Part shown: positions 35,866-44,375 of the stretch, piece by piece
How positions within the stretch are numbered: the first letter of the stretch is position 1
Layout of the letters: each line of letters opens with the position of its first letter
The notes under the pieces: model-generated
What the model saw: the letters and a program-made list of their open reading frames with translations, nothing else
Database searches by the model: none
Told to the model about the DNA's origin: nothing
Source of the DNA: Candidatus Poseidoniales archaeon
Lineage (GTDB): Archaea > Thermoplasmatota > Poseidoniia > Poseidoniales > Poseidoniaceae
Assembly: GCA_003602475.1 (NCBI GenBank)
Contig: QQSC01000010.1
Span: 20,374-84,373 of the forward strand
Length of the DNA stretch: 64,000 bases
Direction: 5' to 3'
Made by a program: the position numbers and the translations under genes

Positions 35866-37038
35866 ATGAATTTCGGAGAAACGGAAGAACAGCAAATGAT
35901 TCGTGAACTCGTTCGAGACTTTGCTGAAAGCGTGTTGGCTCCAACCGTTGAGCACCGTGATCAAAACCAAATTCCCCCTTCTGAGGAGTGGCAAGCCTTC
36001 CTCGAGTTTGGGCTCCATGGAATCACAATTCCAGAAGCTTACGGAGGTTCCCCGGTTGACGATGTCTCTGAAGCCATCATCATCGAAGAACTCGCTCGGG
36101 TGGACCCGTCGTTTGCTGTGATGTATTGCGTGCACGTCGGCCTGTGTTCCATGACCATCGCCCTGCACGGTGATGAGCATCAAAAGAGCACCTACCTTCC
36201 TCGCTTGGCTGCGGGAGAAGTTGGTGCATACTCACTCTCAGAGGCAGGAGCCGGAACGGACGCTGCTGCCATGGTCTGCAAGGCCAAACTTTCCGACGAC
36301 GGAACACATTATGTTCTGAACGGCGAAAAGATGTGGGTCACCAACGGGGCGCAAGCCAAGATTGTGGTGTTGTTCGCCAAAGACGTCGACCATCCCGAAT
36401 ACGGTGTGAAAAAGCATGGTGGAAGCACAGCGTTCATCGTTGATTCCTCGTTTGAAGGCTTCTCTGTCGGTAAGAAGGAAGACAAGCTTGGTATTCGCTC
36501 ATCGGACACGTGCACGTTGGTCCTCAACGACTGCAAAGTTCCCGTAGAGAACATCATCAAAGGCGCCGGGAATGGCTTCCCAATCGCCATGAACGCTCTG
36601 GACAACAGCCGCATTGGAATTGCAGCTCAAGCGTTGGGCATTGCTCAAGGCGCCTATGAGGCGGCGTTGAAGTACGCCCACGAGAGAGAGGCCTTTGGCA
36701 AACCCATCGCCTATCATCAAATGATCATGGCCTACCTCGCCGATATGGCAACACAAATCGAAGCCGCCCGTATGCTTGTCTACAAGGCTGCATGGACCAA
36801 GGAACAACACTACCATGCAAACGGCCCACGCCACTCAAAGGAAGCCAGCATGGCCAAACTTTTCGCTGGTGATACCGCCATGTGGGTCTCTGAACGAGCC
36901 ATTCAGGTGCTGGGCGGTTACGGTTACACCAAGGAATTCCCAGTGGAGCGGTTCTTCCGAGACGCTAAAATCACCCAAATTTACGAAGGCACCCAAGAAG
37001 TCCAACGCATTGTCATCGCACGAGCTCTCAAAGATTGA
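35866..37038 (+). CDS. acyl-CoA dehydrogenase (short/medium-chain type)
   Basis: Contains YSLSEAGAGTDAAAM, KMWVTNG, QALGIAQGA and the C-terminal QIYEGTQEVQRIVIAR with its catalytic Glu context. Confidence 0.95.
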   Translation: MNFGETEEQQMIRELVRDFAESVLAPTVEHRDQNQIPPSEEWQAFLEFGLHGITIPEAYGGSPVDDVSEAIIIEELARVDPSFAVMYCVHVGLCSMTIALHGDEHQKSTYLPRLAAGEVGAYSLSEAGAGTDAAAMVCKAKLSDDGTHYVLNGEKMWVTNGAQAKIVVLFAKDVDHPEYGVKKHGGSTAFIVDSSFEGFSVGKKEDKLGIRSSDTCTLVLNDCKVPVENIIKGAGNGFPIAMNALDNSRIGIAAQALGIAQGAYEAALKYAHEREAFGKPIAYHQMIMAYLADMATQIEAARMLVYKAAWTKEQHYHANGPRHSKEASMAKLFAGDTAMWVSERAIQVLGGYGYTKEFPVERFFRDAKITQIYEGTQEVQRIVIARALKD

Positions 37039-37095
37039 ACCCTCGGACAGCAATTGCCCAAGAAAAAGGTTCATCCAAACCTAAAGGTCGTCGCC

Positions 37096-38163
37096 TCAAG
37101 CCTCAAGGGCAATCATACGACGTCGAGCCAACGACCAATCGTGGGGTTGCACCGTCAACTCAACAGGGGTGCTGATGTCGTGATGTGAATCAGCGGTTTT
37201 CATCATGACCTCCACCGTGAATCCGTTGCCTTGAACCACCAAAGTGACGCTTGGCCGATAGCCATGTGGCCCAAGCAACGTCGTCTCTTTACCGGTCACG
37301 ATGCCTTGGAGGGTCATCGGTCCAGAGGCCGCCGCCATGCTGCTGGCCTCGCTGCGCAATTTGGTCAGTTCAAGGGCCTCCACCAAACCTTTGAGTCCGG
37401 GCGCACCAACAACAGGGGCCACTTCCTTGTGAGATTCAGGTGCGAGCACGGGCGTTGGATCGCTTTTCACAGGTGCTCTTTTTTGTTGAACAGGAGGTTC
37501 CACGACCGTGAGTCTGATGGTGTCCAGACGAACGCCAAGATGCATCAGTTCAAGGGTATAGTCGCCGATTTCATCGGGGGTTAATGTCATGGTGTCAAAC
37601 GTCGCTCCGTCCATGTTATCAGCACCAACGGGCATCTCTTCCTTGGCCCCGTTGCTGTGTTGGATGGTCGACAAAAGGTAAGCGTCCACCTGCTCGGAAA
37701 AATCAAACCGAAACTTCACTCCTTCGTCAACCAAATGAGGGGGGGATGAAGTGAGCACAATGGTCCCAGTGACAGGTGTTTTTACCTCAAACAATTCCTC
37801 TGGGATGTCCAGGCCCAAGGCAGCGAGCATGGCCAACCATTCCCCCAGTGCGATACCAACATCCGGTGAGGCACCTGTAAACGAAAACATGAGTTCTGTG
37901 ACCCATTCAGGAGGGCGCTCCCCCGTCATTTTTGCAAGAAGGGTGGAGAACTCATCGCCGGAAATGAGGCCGTTCTTGTCCTTGTCCAGCTCCAAGGTGA
38001 GGTCAAGTGGGGACATGGCAGAAGATTCCACCCATCCTCGGAAGTTGGAAACCAACAACTTGGCCATTTTGTTTCGCTTGGTAATGGCCTCGATGTTGCC
38101 TCCGATGGCTTGCGCACGGGCGTTGAAAATGGCCTTATCTGGCAAGACGATAGGTGCAGGCAT
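37096..38163 (-). CDS. hypothetical protein with a canonical EF-hand calcium-binding loop
   Basis: The loop DKDKNGLISGDEF (37951..37986) fits the 12-residue EF-hand consensus (D1, D3, N5, G6, I8, E12). The ATG at 38163 lies 2 nt after the upstream cca stop, whereas the longer ORF (to 38232) would overlap cca by 67 nt. I do not recognise the rest of the protein. Confidence 0.65.
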   Translation of the reverse strand: MPAPIVLPDKAIFNARAQAIGGNIEAITKRNKMAKLLVSNFRGWVESSAMSPLDLTLELDKDKNGLISGDEFSTLLAKMTGERPPEWVTELMFSFTGASPDVGIALGEWLAMLAALGLDIPEELFEVKTPVTGTIVLTSSPPHLVDEGVKFRFDFSEQVDAYLLSTIQHSNGAKEEMPVGADNMDGATFDTMTLTPDEIGDYTLELMHLGVRLDTIRLTVVEPPVQQKRAPVKSDPTPVLAPESHKEVAPVVGAPGLKGLVEALELTKLRSEASSMAAASGPMTLQGIVTGKETTLLGPHGYRPSVTLVVQGNGFTVEVMMKTADSHHDISTPVELTVQPHDWSLARRRMIALEA

Positions 38164-38165
38164 GT

Positions 38166-39491
38166 TCAAGCCATGGAAGGGTTGGTCATGAAGATAGTCC
38201 CTGCGGAGGAGGGGAAGGCCACGGTTGGCCAAGATTGAGGGTCTCCATGAACAAACGGGAGGGTGTTTAACACGGCTTCAAGTTCGGTGGGGGTAGAGAT
38301 TTCTCGCTCGATCTGCAGTCGATAAAGCCAAGCCAAAAGACGGCCCAATCGCACACCACTCCCGAGCCCTGTTCGCTGCATGAGCCAGCGTCCGTCAACC
38401 AAAGGCGCCACCGCTTCAATGGAGGGAGTCAACTTCGACCACCCGTTGAGGAACACCTCAATGGCTTCAGTCATGGACGGGGGGAGCTTCCCTTCTTTCA
38501 CGGCAAGCTTGCAGGCCTGAACATGCGCCGTCGTGTCCTCCCCTAGGCAGTGGGCATAGATTCGCATGTCTGCTCGGTTCGGGAGGGGTACAGCCCGCAA
38601 TCGAGTGGAGAACAGGGCGGTTGATTGCAACGTGGTTTTTGGTACTGTAAGGCCTTTGAGGACAGGAGCAAGGTCATCATGGTCCTGATGGCTCATGAGG
38701 AGGGCAAGTTGCTGATGCAACGCCCATCCGGTGGCGGGGGGCTGATCCAACCATTGGAATTGATGATCTGGCACGGTCCGAAGCCCCTTGATCACATGAT
38801 GCAGCACGCCGTCGTTCTGCATCTGCTGGAGAACAACACCGGGCTGCGAGCCAGTAAAAATTTTCTTGAGTTCCGACCACTTCCGTTCGACTGCAATGTT
38901 GTCCAAGGAAGATCGGAGCAAGACCAGCGCATGATGGAGTTCGTTGTCAATATCCCATGTGGTTGGGTTGTCAACCCCCCAGAACCGATAGGCCCTCAAA
39001 ATTCGAAGGGCGTCTTCACGGCACCGTTCGTTGGGGCGACCAACCGCTCGAATCGTTCGTTGTTCAAGGTCCTTCACGCCTTGGTGAGGGTCGTAGAGGA
39101 CACGTAAATTCAGGTCCACTGCCATGCTGTTCATGGTGAAGTCTCTTCGTTTGAGGTCTTCTTTGAGAGAGAGGCCCCATTCAACTTGCGAGGGTCGACG
39201 TCCGTCGGTGTAGAGCGATTCTGTTCTCAATGTCGTGACTTCGTAGACGGCGCTGGCTCCTTTGATGGAAACGGTTCCAAACGCCACGCCCGTCGGAATT
39301 GCTCTCTTGCCAAAAATGCTCAACGTCGTTTCGGGTGGACAAGAGGTGCAGAGGTCCACATCATCACCGGAAATCCCCAACCAGGCGTCTCTGACACATC
39401 CGCCGACCAACCACGCTCCGTGACCGTGTTCGGCTAACGTGTTGATGATCTCAGCAACCTCGTCGGGGAGTTGTTCAAGCCATCCAACCAT
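38166..39491 (-). CDS. cca: class II (bacterial/eukaryotic-type) tRNA nucleotidyltransferase, CCA-adding enzyme family
   Basis: All class II motifs are present: LVGGCVRDAWLG, DVDLCT, TLRTESLYTDGRRP, DLKRRDFTMNSMA and EDALRILRAYRF. The ATG at 39491 gives an N-terminus of bacterial-like length. The ORF opens at TTG 39566. Confidence 0.9.
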   Translation of the reverse strand: MVGWLEQLPDEVAEIINTLAEHGHGAWLVGGCVRDAWLGISGDDVDLCTSCPPETTLSIFGKRAIPTGVAFGTVSIKGASAVYEVTTLRTESLYTDGRRPSQVEWGLSLKEDLKRRDFTMNSMAVDLNLRVLYDPHQGVKDLEQRTIRAVGRPNERCREDALRILRAYRFWGVDNPTTWDIDNELHHALVLLRSSLDNIAVERKWSELKKIFTGSQPGVVLQQMQNDGVLHHVIKGLRTVPDHQFQWLDQPPATGWALHQQLALLMSHQDHDDLAPVLKGLTVPKTTLQSTALFSTRLRAVPLPNRADMRIYAHCLGEDTTAHVQACKLAVKEGKLPPSMTEAIEVFLNGWSKLTPSIEAVAPLVDGRWLMQRTGLGSGVRLGRLLAWLYRLQIEREISTPTELEAVLNTLPFVHGDPQSWPTVAFPSSAGTIFMTNPSMA

Positions 39492-39630
39492 GCCTGCTGG
39501 CAAGTCGCAGCCTTCAGTGTCGGCTTGGACGGTGGACGAACGCTCGGTGATGTTGTAACCCTCCAACTTGTTCCATGCTGGCAGGCGTCAATGAAAAAGG
39601 ATTATCACGGCTGGGCAGGCCCGACAGGCA

Positions 39631-40062
39631 ATGGTGTGGAGTGAAGAGGATGTCGAACTCGTTCCCGTAGCCTGGCTCAAGGCTCACGAGGAAATCAAAC
39701 CAAGAAACAAGGAAAAGCTCCTTGAGATGACCAAGCGGTGGGGTGGATTCACCAAACCTCTTGTCGTTGACCAACGAACAGGTGTCATCCTCGACGGTCA
39801 CCACCGATATCATGTCAGCATGAATCTAAACCTTGCTCGTGTCCCCGCCATTTGCGTTGATTACATTGCCGACGACCGCGTCACGGTCACCGTTTGGCCG
39901 GCATGCGGCCGGACCGATTTGACCAAAGCAGAGGTCATTTCGATGGGGTTGTCCAACGATGTGTTCCCTCCGAAAACGAGTCGGCATTCCATGGCCGACG
40001 ATTTGCCACCGATTCACGTGTCGTTGGAGCGGTTGGCGCTGCTTCAAGACGAGAGCCCTTGA
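39631..40062 (+). CDS. ParB/sulfiredoxin-fold domain protein
   Basis: VPVAWLKAHEEI ... PLVVDQRTGVILDGHHRYHV matches the ParB N-terminal/Srx-like DG-x-HR motif. It is a 143-aa single-domain protein. Confidence 0.7.
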   Translation: MVWSEEDVELVPVAWLKAHEEIKPRNKEKLLEMTKRWGGFTKPLVVDQRTGVILDGHHRYHVSMNLNLARVPAICVDYIADDRVTVTVWPACGRTDLTKAEVISMGLSNDVFPPKTSRHSMADDLPPIHVSLERLALLQDESP

Positions 40063-41861
40063 CGCGTTTGAAGCCACATTCGCCATTTCTCGTTGCCTTT
40101 TCCGTCCAACTTAACACCGTGGCCTGGTGGGTTGCTGGGGGACACATCGACCGTTGTCAGGACGCCTTCATGGACCACATCCAAGGACGTTGGTTGGCCT
40201 GCTCTTCCAAGGACCAATTTTGAAAGGTGTGCGGATGATTTGACACGCAATCCGTTGACTGCTAGAATTTCATCACCGACTTGTGTGAGGTTTCTGAGGG
40301 GCGACCCCTGGTGGAAGGTGGTGATTCGGATGCGATGTCCGTCGTCTTTGAGGCCCACGCCTAACCAAGCGTCGAGGTCTTTGATGGGTCGCTCGGGGCC
40401 TAGTTTGAGTCTAAAATACGACATGGCTTTTTCAACGGGTGGGGCGGTGCGGTGTTTGACCAATCGATCCAGGAAGGGGCCCATTGACTGACCTCCCGGT
40501 GCTCCCTGGAGGGTTTTTCGGATGTCTTGGTATTCTACGCCAAGACCCAAAGGTTCAGTGGCACCCATGGCGTAGTTTGCGCAAACTTCCGCCATCAAGT
40601 CGCATGCACCGTAGGTGTTTTTGTTGCGGCGACGCAATTCAACGTCCAAGCACATCATGGCCAATTCTCCCTCAAGGTAGTATGAGATTTGGCTTTCTCT
40701 CGTGTATGGTCCCCCTCTATAGAGGTGTATCCACGCATCGTGACTTGATTCTGCAAGGGATTCCCGGTGGCACCCGTTGCACCGCTTGTGGCGATTCATT
40801 TTCCTCATGAAATCCAATCGCCAGTCTTCTTCAGACCATGCTCCAGAACGAACGCACATCATGTCGCCCAACCAAGAGGTGCCTCCTTCGAACCACCACA
40901 AGAGGTCCGTGTGCCCTTCTGATTGAAGGTCATAATCGAGGAACGAGGTTGGCTTGAGTCGTTTGACGTTCCACTGATGAAGGTATTCATGGGAGAACAG
41001 GCTAACGAGGTCCCTGTATTCTTCGTCGTGACCCGGGAACAAGCACGATCGAGGCATCATGGAGGTTTGAGAGTTCATGTGTTCAAGGCCGCCTCGCCCC
41101 GTATCCGTCAGTTGGAGCACAACCGTGTATTCTCCCCAAGACGGGACGCCGAAGAGAGCGTGGTGCTCCTTGATGATCTTCTCCATGTCATCTTGGAACA
41201 CAGCCAACCGCTCTGGATTTGGTTCGTGACCACCGCTGTCCCAGATCTTGAGGTGATGCGGTCGACCGTCCACAACCCGTGTGATTGGGGCGTTGGGATT
41301 GACTTCCATGATGCTGTCAAGAAGGGCGTCTCGGTTGGGCGCGCTGAAGGCCCAACGACGCCCCCCGTTGCGCTGTTTGCCCTTCTCGAGGGTGGTCAAT
41401 TGAGTGGCAGCGTGCCAGGATTCAGGTGCGGTCAATTCCACACGGTGCTCCTGATGGCAACGGTCCGGGTCAATGCCCTTGGTGGGCCAAAACCACGTGT
41501 ACGGTGGCATCATGTGAAGGTGAGTCGAGTCAAAGTGATTGGAACGAACGGACAATTCTCGAGCGAAGAGGTCGTAGGTTATTCGTACCTTTGAGGTTGA
41601 TTTCTTGAGGTGAACCACCATTCCGTCCACATTCATCCGTTTCCAATTCAACGCATCGCCGCCCTCATCTTCTGCGGTGAAGTTGAACATGTGTTGAATG
41701 GGTTCTCGCAAAAAATACGATCCCGGGACCCAGCGAGGAAACTTGAGGTGAAGGCTACGAGAGGTGAACGGTCCGTCCAATTCCAAGCCGATTTCCAGAC
41801 GATGTTCTTCAGGGTTCATGGCGTTGATGCTGAACGTCATTCCCGAACTTGTGGAGGTCAT
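40044..41861 (-). CDS. M61 glycyl aminopeptidase-family metallopeptidase with C-terminal PDZ domain
   Basis: FSHEYLHQWNVKRLKP is the HExxH motif typical of M61. The C-terminus GDEILAVNGLRV is PDZ-like. The ATG at 41861 forms an ATGA overlap with the upstream stop (41858..41860). Confidence 0.9.
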   Translation of the reverse strand: MTSTSSGMTFSINAMNPEEHRLEIGLELDGPFTSRSLHLKFPRWVPGSYFLREPIQHMFNFTAEDEGGDALNWKRMNVDGMVVHLKKSTSKVRITYDLFARELSVRSNHFDSTHLHMMPPYTWFWPTKGIDPDRCHQEHRVELTAPESWHAATQLTTLEKGKQRNGGRRWAFSAPNRDALLDSIMEVNPNAPITRVVDGRPHHLKIWDSGGHEPNPERLAVFQDDMEKIIKEHHALFGVPSWGEYTVVLQLTDTGRGGLEHMNSQTSMMPRSCLFPGHDEEYRDLVSLFSHEYLHQWNVKRLKPTSFLDYDLQSEGHTDLLWWFEGGTSWLGDMMCVRSGAWSEEDWRLDFMRKMNRHKRCNGCHRESLAESSHDAWIHLYRGGPYTRESQISYYLEGELAMMCLDVELRRRNKNTYGACDLMAEVCANYAMGATEPLGLGVEYQDIRKTLQGAPGGQSMGPFLDRLVKHRTAPPVEKAMSYFRLKLGPERPIKDLDAWLGVGLKDDGHRIRITTFHQGSPLRNLTQVGDEILAVNGLRVKSSAHLSKLVLGRAGQPTSLDVVHEGVLTTVDVSPSNPPGHGVKLDGKGNEKWRMWLQTRQGLSS

Positions 41862-42850
41862 GCATCGAGTTCCGTTGCGGCGGTTGATAGGTTCTCGCAT
41901 GCCACCCGAAGCAGAGGGTTAAGGTCGCTGTTGAGCATGGTTTCCACCCGCTGCTTAACGCTGGGTTCATTGGCTCGACCAATCAATCGTTCGAGCAGGA
42001 TGGAGCGGTCGATGAGGCCAAGTGATTCATCGTCAACCAAATCCCAGCGTAGAGCGTCTTCATGCTGACCTTGGTGGAGGACCCACTTGGCCAACACATC
42101 GTGGCCACCTGCACGTTTGAAATTCTCTACGTGAAGATCCTTGGAGGACGACACGTTTGAACGCAAAAGCGAAGCAAGGGCCTTTCGGTCCGTGCCGTTG
42201 AGTCTTGAAAGCACATCGGGAAGGGCATCGCTCCAGTGCTGAGTGACCCACCAAACCAATTCCGGCGTTGGGCTTGTTTGGTTCAAATACGGCAGAACAA
42301 CATCCGATTCCACGGCATGCCCGTCTCGTAAAAGCCCCTGCAGTGCGAGGCGCTGGACATCATCATCCGCATCGTTCAAACCTTGTTCCAACATGTCAAA
42401 CGGCAAGCCTGGTCGAGCGAAGACAGCGCGGCGAACGATGGGGTTGCTGTGGGTTGCTAAGGCTCTCCTGTCCTCGTCTGAGCCCCAACGTAGAACCACC
42501 AAAGCGGCTTGGTGATGCACAAGAGTGTCCTCGTTGAGCAACACGCCTTGAGCGGCTTCCACAGCGTCCTCGCCGAATTCTGCCAACAGGTTCACACCAG
42601 CTTGTCGAACGTGGAGTTCAGGATGCTTCAACAACACATCAACGCTTTCGACACCGACCATTGGGGCCCATTTGCGGTGAGCGTCGATGGCTTTGGCCAC
42701 GAACCAAGGATCGTCATCGTTGAGCAAAGTGACGAACCCTTCGAGCGCTTCGGGTCGGTCGTGTTCATAGAGGTCACGCACCGCTCGTCGGCGCGTTCGA
42801 ATGTCCCGATGAGTGAGGCGGTTCATGGCTCGTCCCAAATCGGTGGGCAT
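41858..42850 (-). CDS. HEAT-repeat protein
   Basis: Repeated d-x-x-vR-x-x-A units are present (IRTRRRAVRDL, HVRQAGVNLL, IVRRAVFA, DVQRLALQGL). The start is uncertain: TTG 42913 would overlap the upstream gene, and ATGs lie at 42850 and 42826. Confidence 0.6.
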   Translation of the reverse strand: MPTDLGRAMNRLTHRDIRTRRRAVRDLYEHDRPEALEGFVTLLNDDDPWFVAKAIDAHRKWAPMVGVESVDVLLKHPELHVRQAGVNLLAEFGEDAVEAAQGVLLNEDTLVHHQAALVVLRWGSDEDRRALATHSNPIVRRAVFARPGLPFDMLEQGLNDADDDVQRLALQGLLRDGHAVESDVVLPYLNQTSPTPELVWWVTQHWSDALPDVLSRLNGTDRKALASLLRSNVSSSKDLHVENFKRAGGHDVLAKWVLHQGQHEDALRWDLVDDESLGLIDRSILLERLIGRANEPSVKQRVETMLNSDLNPLLRVACENLSTAATELDA

Positions 42851-42890
42851 GGGTGTGTGAAAGCGCCGTCCCTCATAGGTCTGTTGAATC

Positions 42891-43523
42891 TTATCGCAAC
42901 TCCCACCAAACAAGGGCCATGGCCACGGGTACCAGCATCAACAACCTTCGGTGCATGTGCTGCGTAGCCCTGAGATGCTCAACATAACTGGCAGGCATAA
43001 CCTCCACGCTTGAGGTCAGGCCGCGCCGGCGATGCTGGGGCACATTGGCCTCAATGTAGGTCATCATCTTTGCTCGGAGCTCGGGTTCTCTGCTGTTTTG
43101 CTGCCCACGTCCAACCACCAGCCGAACCGGATGGTGCTGACACTTCTGGAGAGCGGCTATGGCGATTGACAACGGGTCGATGGCGTCGTGCAGGTCGACA
43201 CGAACGGCACGTCCGTCACTGCGCACATGACTCAACACCCTCCATCGCCCAACGCCCTCGTTGTAGGGTTCCAAGGAACGTTGGAGTTCGGGGAGTGGGT
43301 CGACGGTAAAGGCAACAGGCACCGTCCGCCAACCGAGCAGCGGGCCGAGGAACACAGCGGTCACAAAGGGTGTGATGCAAAGAAACTGAGCGGTCATCAG
43401 CAACTCATCGGGCTGAGTGAGTGAGGACACGACGGCCAATGAAAACCCGAGGAACACCCCCACAAAGAACCCCGCTTGGACGCCGGTGACCAAGCCAATG
43501 CGCTTCATCCCTTCATCGGTCAC
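42891..43523 (-). CDS. membrane-anchored Smr-domain protein
   Basis: Two N-terminal TM helices are followed by VRVDLHDAIDPLSIAIAALQKCQHHPVRLVVGRGQQNS. This resembles the Smr core (DLHG ... v-x-iIhGkG-x-S). Confidence 0.65.
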   Translation of the reverse strand: MTDEGMKRIGLVTGVQAGFFVGVFLGFSLAVVSSLTQPDELLMTAQFLCITPFVTAVFLGPLLGWRTVPVAFTVDPLPELQRSLEPYNEGVGRWRVLSHVRSDGRAVRVDLHDAIDPLSIAIAALQKCQHHPVRLVVGRGQQNSREPELRAKMMTYIEANVPQHRRRGLTSSVEVMPASYVEHLRATQHMHRRLLMLVPVAMALVWWELR

Positions 43524-43601
43524 GGACGGTGGGTGGCTGATGGCGGATTCAATCCTTCCGATGTTCGCAAGGTCTTTACGGCGGCCTCGTGGACTTGAAC
43601 C

Positions 43602-44375
43602 ATGGAACGGAACGGGTTGGAGGACCGATTCCGTGAACGCCGCATCGGCGGTTGGGTGCTCGGGGTTTCGGGTTTCTTTTTCATCTCCTTTTTCTTGGCG
43701 CCATGGACGGTTGATGCAGGCACCATTGTTGATTTGGAAGGGCGGGCCAACGCGTTTGATTTTGCCACCAGCGACGGGTGGGGGTCAGCAGGGAACACGA
43801 ATTTTGTTCAGGTTGATGCCAACGGCACCGTTCATCAACACGACCGATTGGTTTGGACCTCATTGAACCCTTATGCTGCGCTTATCTACGGGTTCGGTGA
43901 CCTCAATTGCCATCAAAAATACGAACGCTCCTTGGAAGTGAATGCGAATCAAATGCCCGTTTGCACCCGGGACGTGGGTATTTTCTTCGGGCTGGTCCTT
44001 GGTGGGATGGCCTTCAACCGCAGAGGGTGGAACCGCTGGACGGTTCGTGACACTTGCCTTTCGATGCTCCCCGAAGCCTGGCTCCAGCCTGTCTATCAAA
44101 AGAATTGGCGCACGATGGCGTGGTTAGGCGTTGGCCTTCTGCTCTGTTTGCCCCTCATTGCTGACGGGTTCCTGCAATTGCTCACATCGTACGAATCCAC
44201 AAACACAAAGCGGATCTTAACGGGTGTACCCTTTGGGTTCGGGCTGGGCGTGTTGATGTGTTCCATGTTCGCAGCCCGAGCCGACGCCTTCAGCTCAGCA
44301 GGTCAGGTGCTCTTGCCAGGGAGTTCGCGTTTTGTCCTTTCCTCAACCGAAACAGCGCGTCAGGAATCGGAATGA
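43602..44375 (+). CDS. DUF2085-family membrane protein
   Basis: CHQKYERSLEVNANQMPVCTRDVGIFFG matches the DUF2085 CHQ...RS...C-x-R-x-x-G motif. Multiple TM helices are present. Confidence 0.7.
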   Translation: MERNGLEDRFRERRIGGWVLGVSGFFFISFFLAPWTVDAGTIVDLEGRANAFDFATSDGWGSAGNTNFVQVDANGTVHQHDRLVWTSLNPYAALIYGFGDLNCHQKYERSLEVNANQMPVCTRDVGIFFGLVLGGMAFNRRGWNRWTVRDTCLSMLPEAWLQPVYQKNWRTMAWLGVGLLLCLPLIADGFLQLLTSYESTNTKRILTGVPFGFGLGVLMCSMFAARADAFSSAGQVLLPGSSRFVLSSTETARQESE

